Shown here piece after piece: positions 35,301 through 35,624 of a DNA stretch of 35,624 nucleotides; position 1 is the stretch's first letter, and every line of letters starts with the position of its first letter. The translations under genes and the position numbers were made by a program. Origin of the DNA: Dicyema japonicum (lineage: Eukaryota > Animalia > Dicyemida); contig RDEW01000102.1 of assembly GCA_011109175.1 (NCBI GenBank), forward strand, positions 1-35,624, in the 5' to 3' direction. The notes beneath the pieces are model-generated. The model ran no database searches, was not told the DNA's origin, and worked only from the letters and a program-made list of their open reading frames with translations.

Positions 35301-35370
35301 AGTCATTTGTCCTCAGATTTTTAAACAGATTCTCTTCATTCTGCCCGTTTACGGTGACCCTAGCGTAGTT
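32320..35370 (-). mobile_element. Longest CR1/L2-like LINE relic (ORF1, APE, RT, C-terminus)
   Basis: Same motifs as 13340-15580 plus DAFIIQKGTQ, LLIFKG, KDLGDVYKA (cf. DL..YK) and RCNTL (cf. WN.LP); many stops and frameshifts. Confidence 0.75.
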
Positions 35371-35624
35371 AGTGATTTTTACATTTTATGTAAATCAACG
35401 TCTTCACTTATTCGGCAGCCAATTATTATATATTTAAGCTAGTAACTAGAAATAATGGAAAGGCCACTCTGGATAACTTAATTTTGGCCATAAGTGTAAC
35501 AATAGTTATGAAAGATGACTTAAAGAGACTTTCAATGATATTTATAATTTACGAGTTTCCAAAACGTGATTTATTTTAAAATTTAAACACAAATTAATTC
35601 TTTTATTTAAAACTGCCATCCATC
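32941..35624 (-). repeat. Right arm of inverted segmental duplication; continues past window end
   Basis: Colinear reverse complement of 13084-15580 plus a 180-nt segment (34478-34657) absent from the left arm. Confidence 0.97.

Noticed and set aside
13084-35624. Giant TIR-bounded element (Polinton/Maverick or virus-like)
   Set aside because: The arms are a CRE tail plus a dead LINE. No integrase, polB or capsid ORF lies inside, and the outer boundary is not in the window.

Overview
AT-rich eukaryotic DNA made almost entirely of decayed retrotransposons. I find no intact host gene, rRNA, true tRNA or CRISPR array; most ORFs in the track are fragments or antisense shadows of dead elements. 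Contents: (1) three divergent CRE-clade retrotransposon relics (RT, CCHC knuckle, restriction-like endonuclease/RLE); (2) two R2/R4/NeSL-type RLE fragments, one fused to a CRE copy; (3) two APE-type LINE families, a CR1/L2-like one in 3 copies and an I/Jockey-like one in about 6 pieces; (4) a ~290-nt tRNA-derived SINE family (8 pieces); (5) a ~150-bp foldback/MITE-like element whose end motif recurs about 7 times; (6) an inverted segmental duplication (13084-15580 vs 32941-35624, running off the window) with patchwork identity. The most novel signal is a family of short non-autonomous elements (near 5.1-5.3, 8.5-8.8, 10.2, 16.1-16.4, 29.7-30.0 and 31.6-31.9 kb). They have a ~60-nt pseudoknotted head with compensatory base changes and HDV-ribozyme-like helix order, a LINE-derived 3' tail, and in four copies the foldback end motif 23-64 nt upstream. 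A separate, closer-to-canonical HDV-like fold lies at 2773-2902. All identities, translations and folds were done by eye; element boundaries are approximate and family assignments rest on recalled motifs, not database searches.
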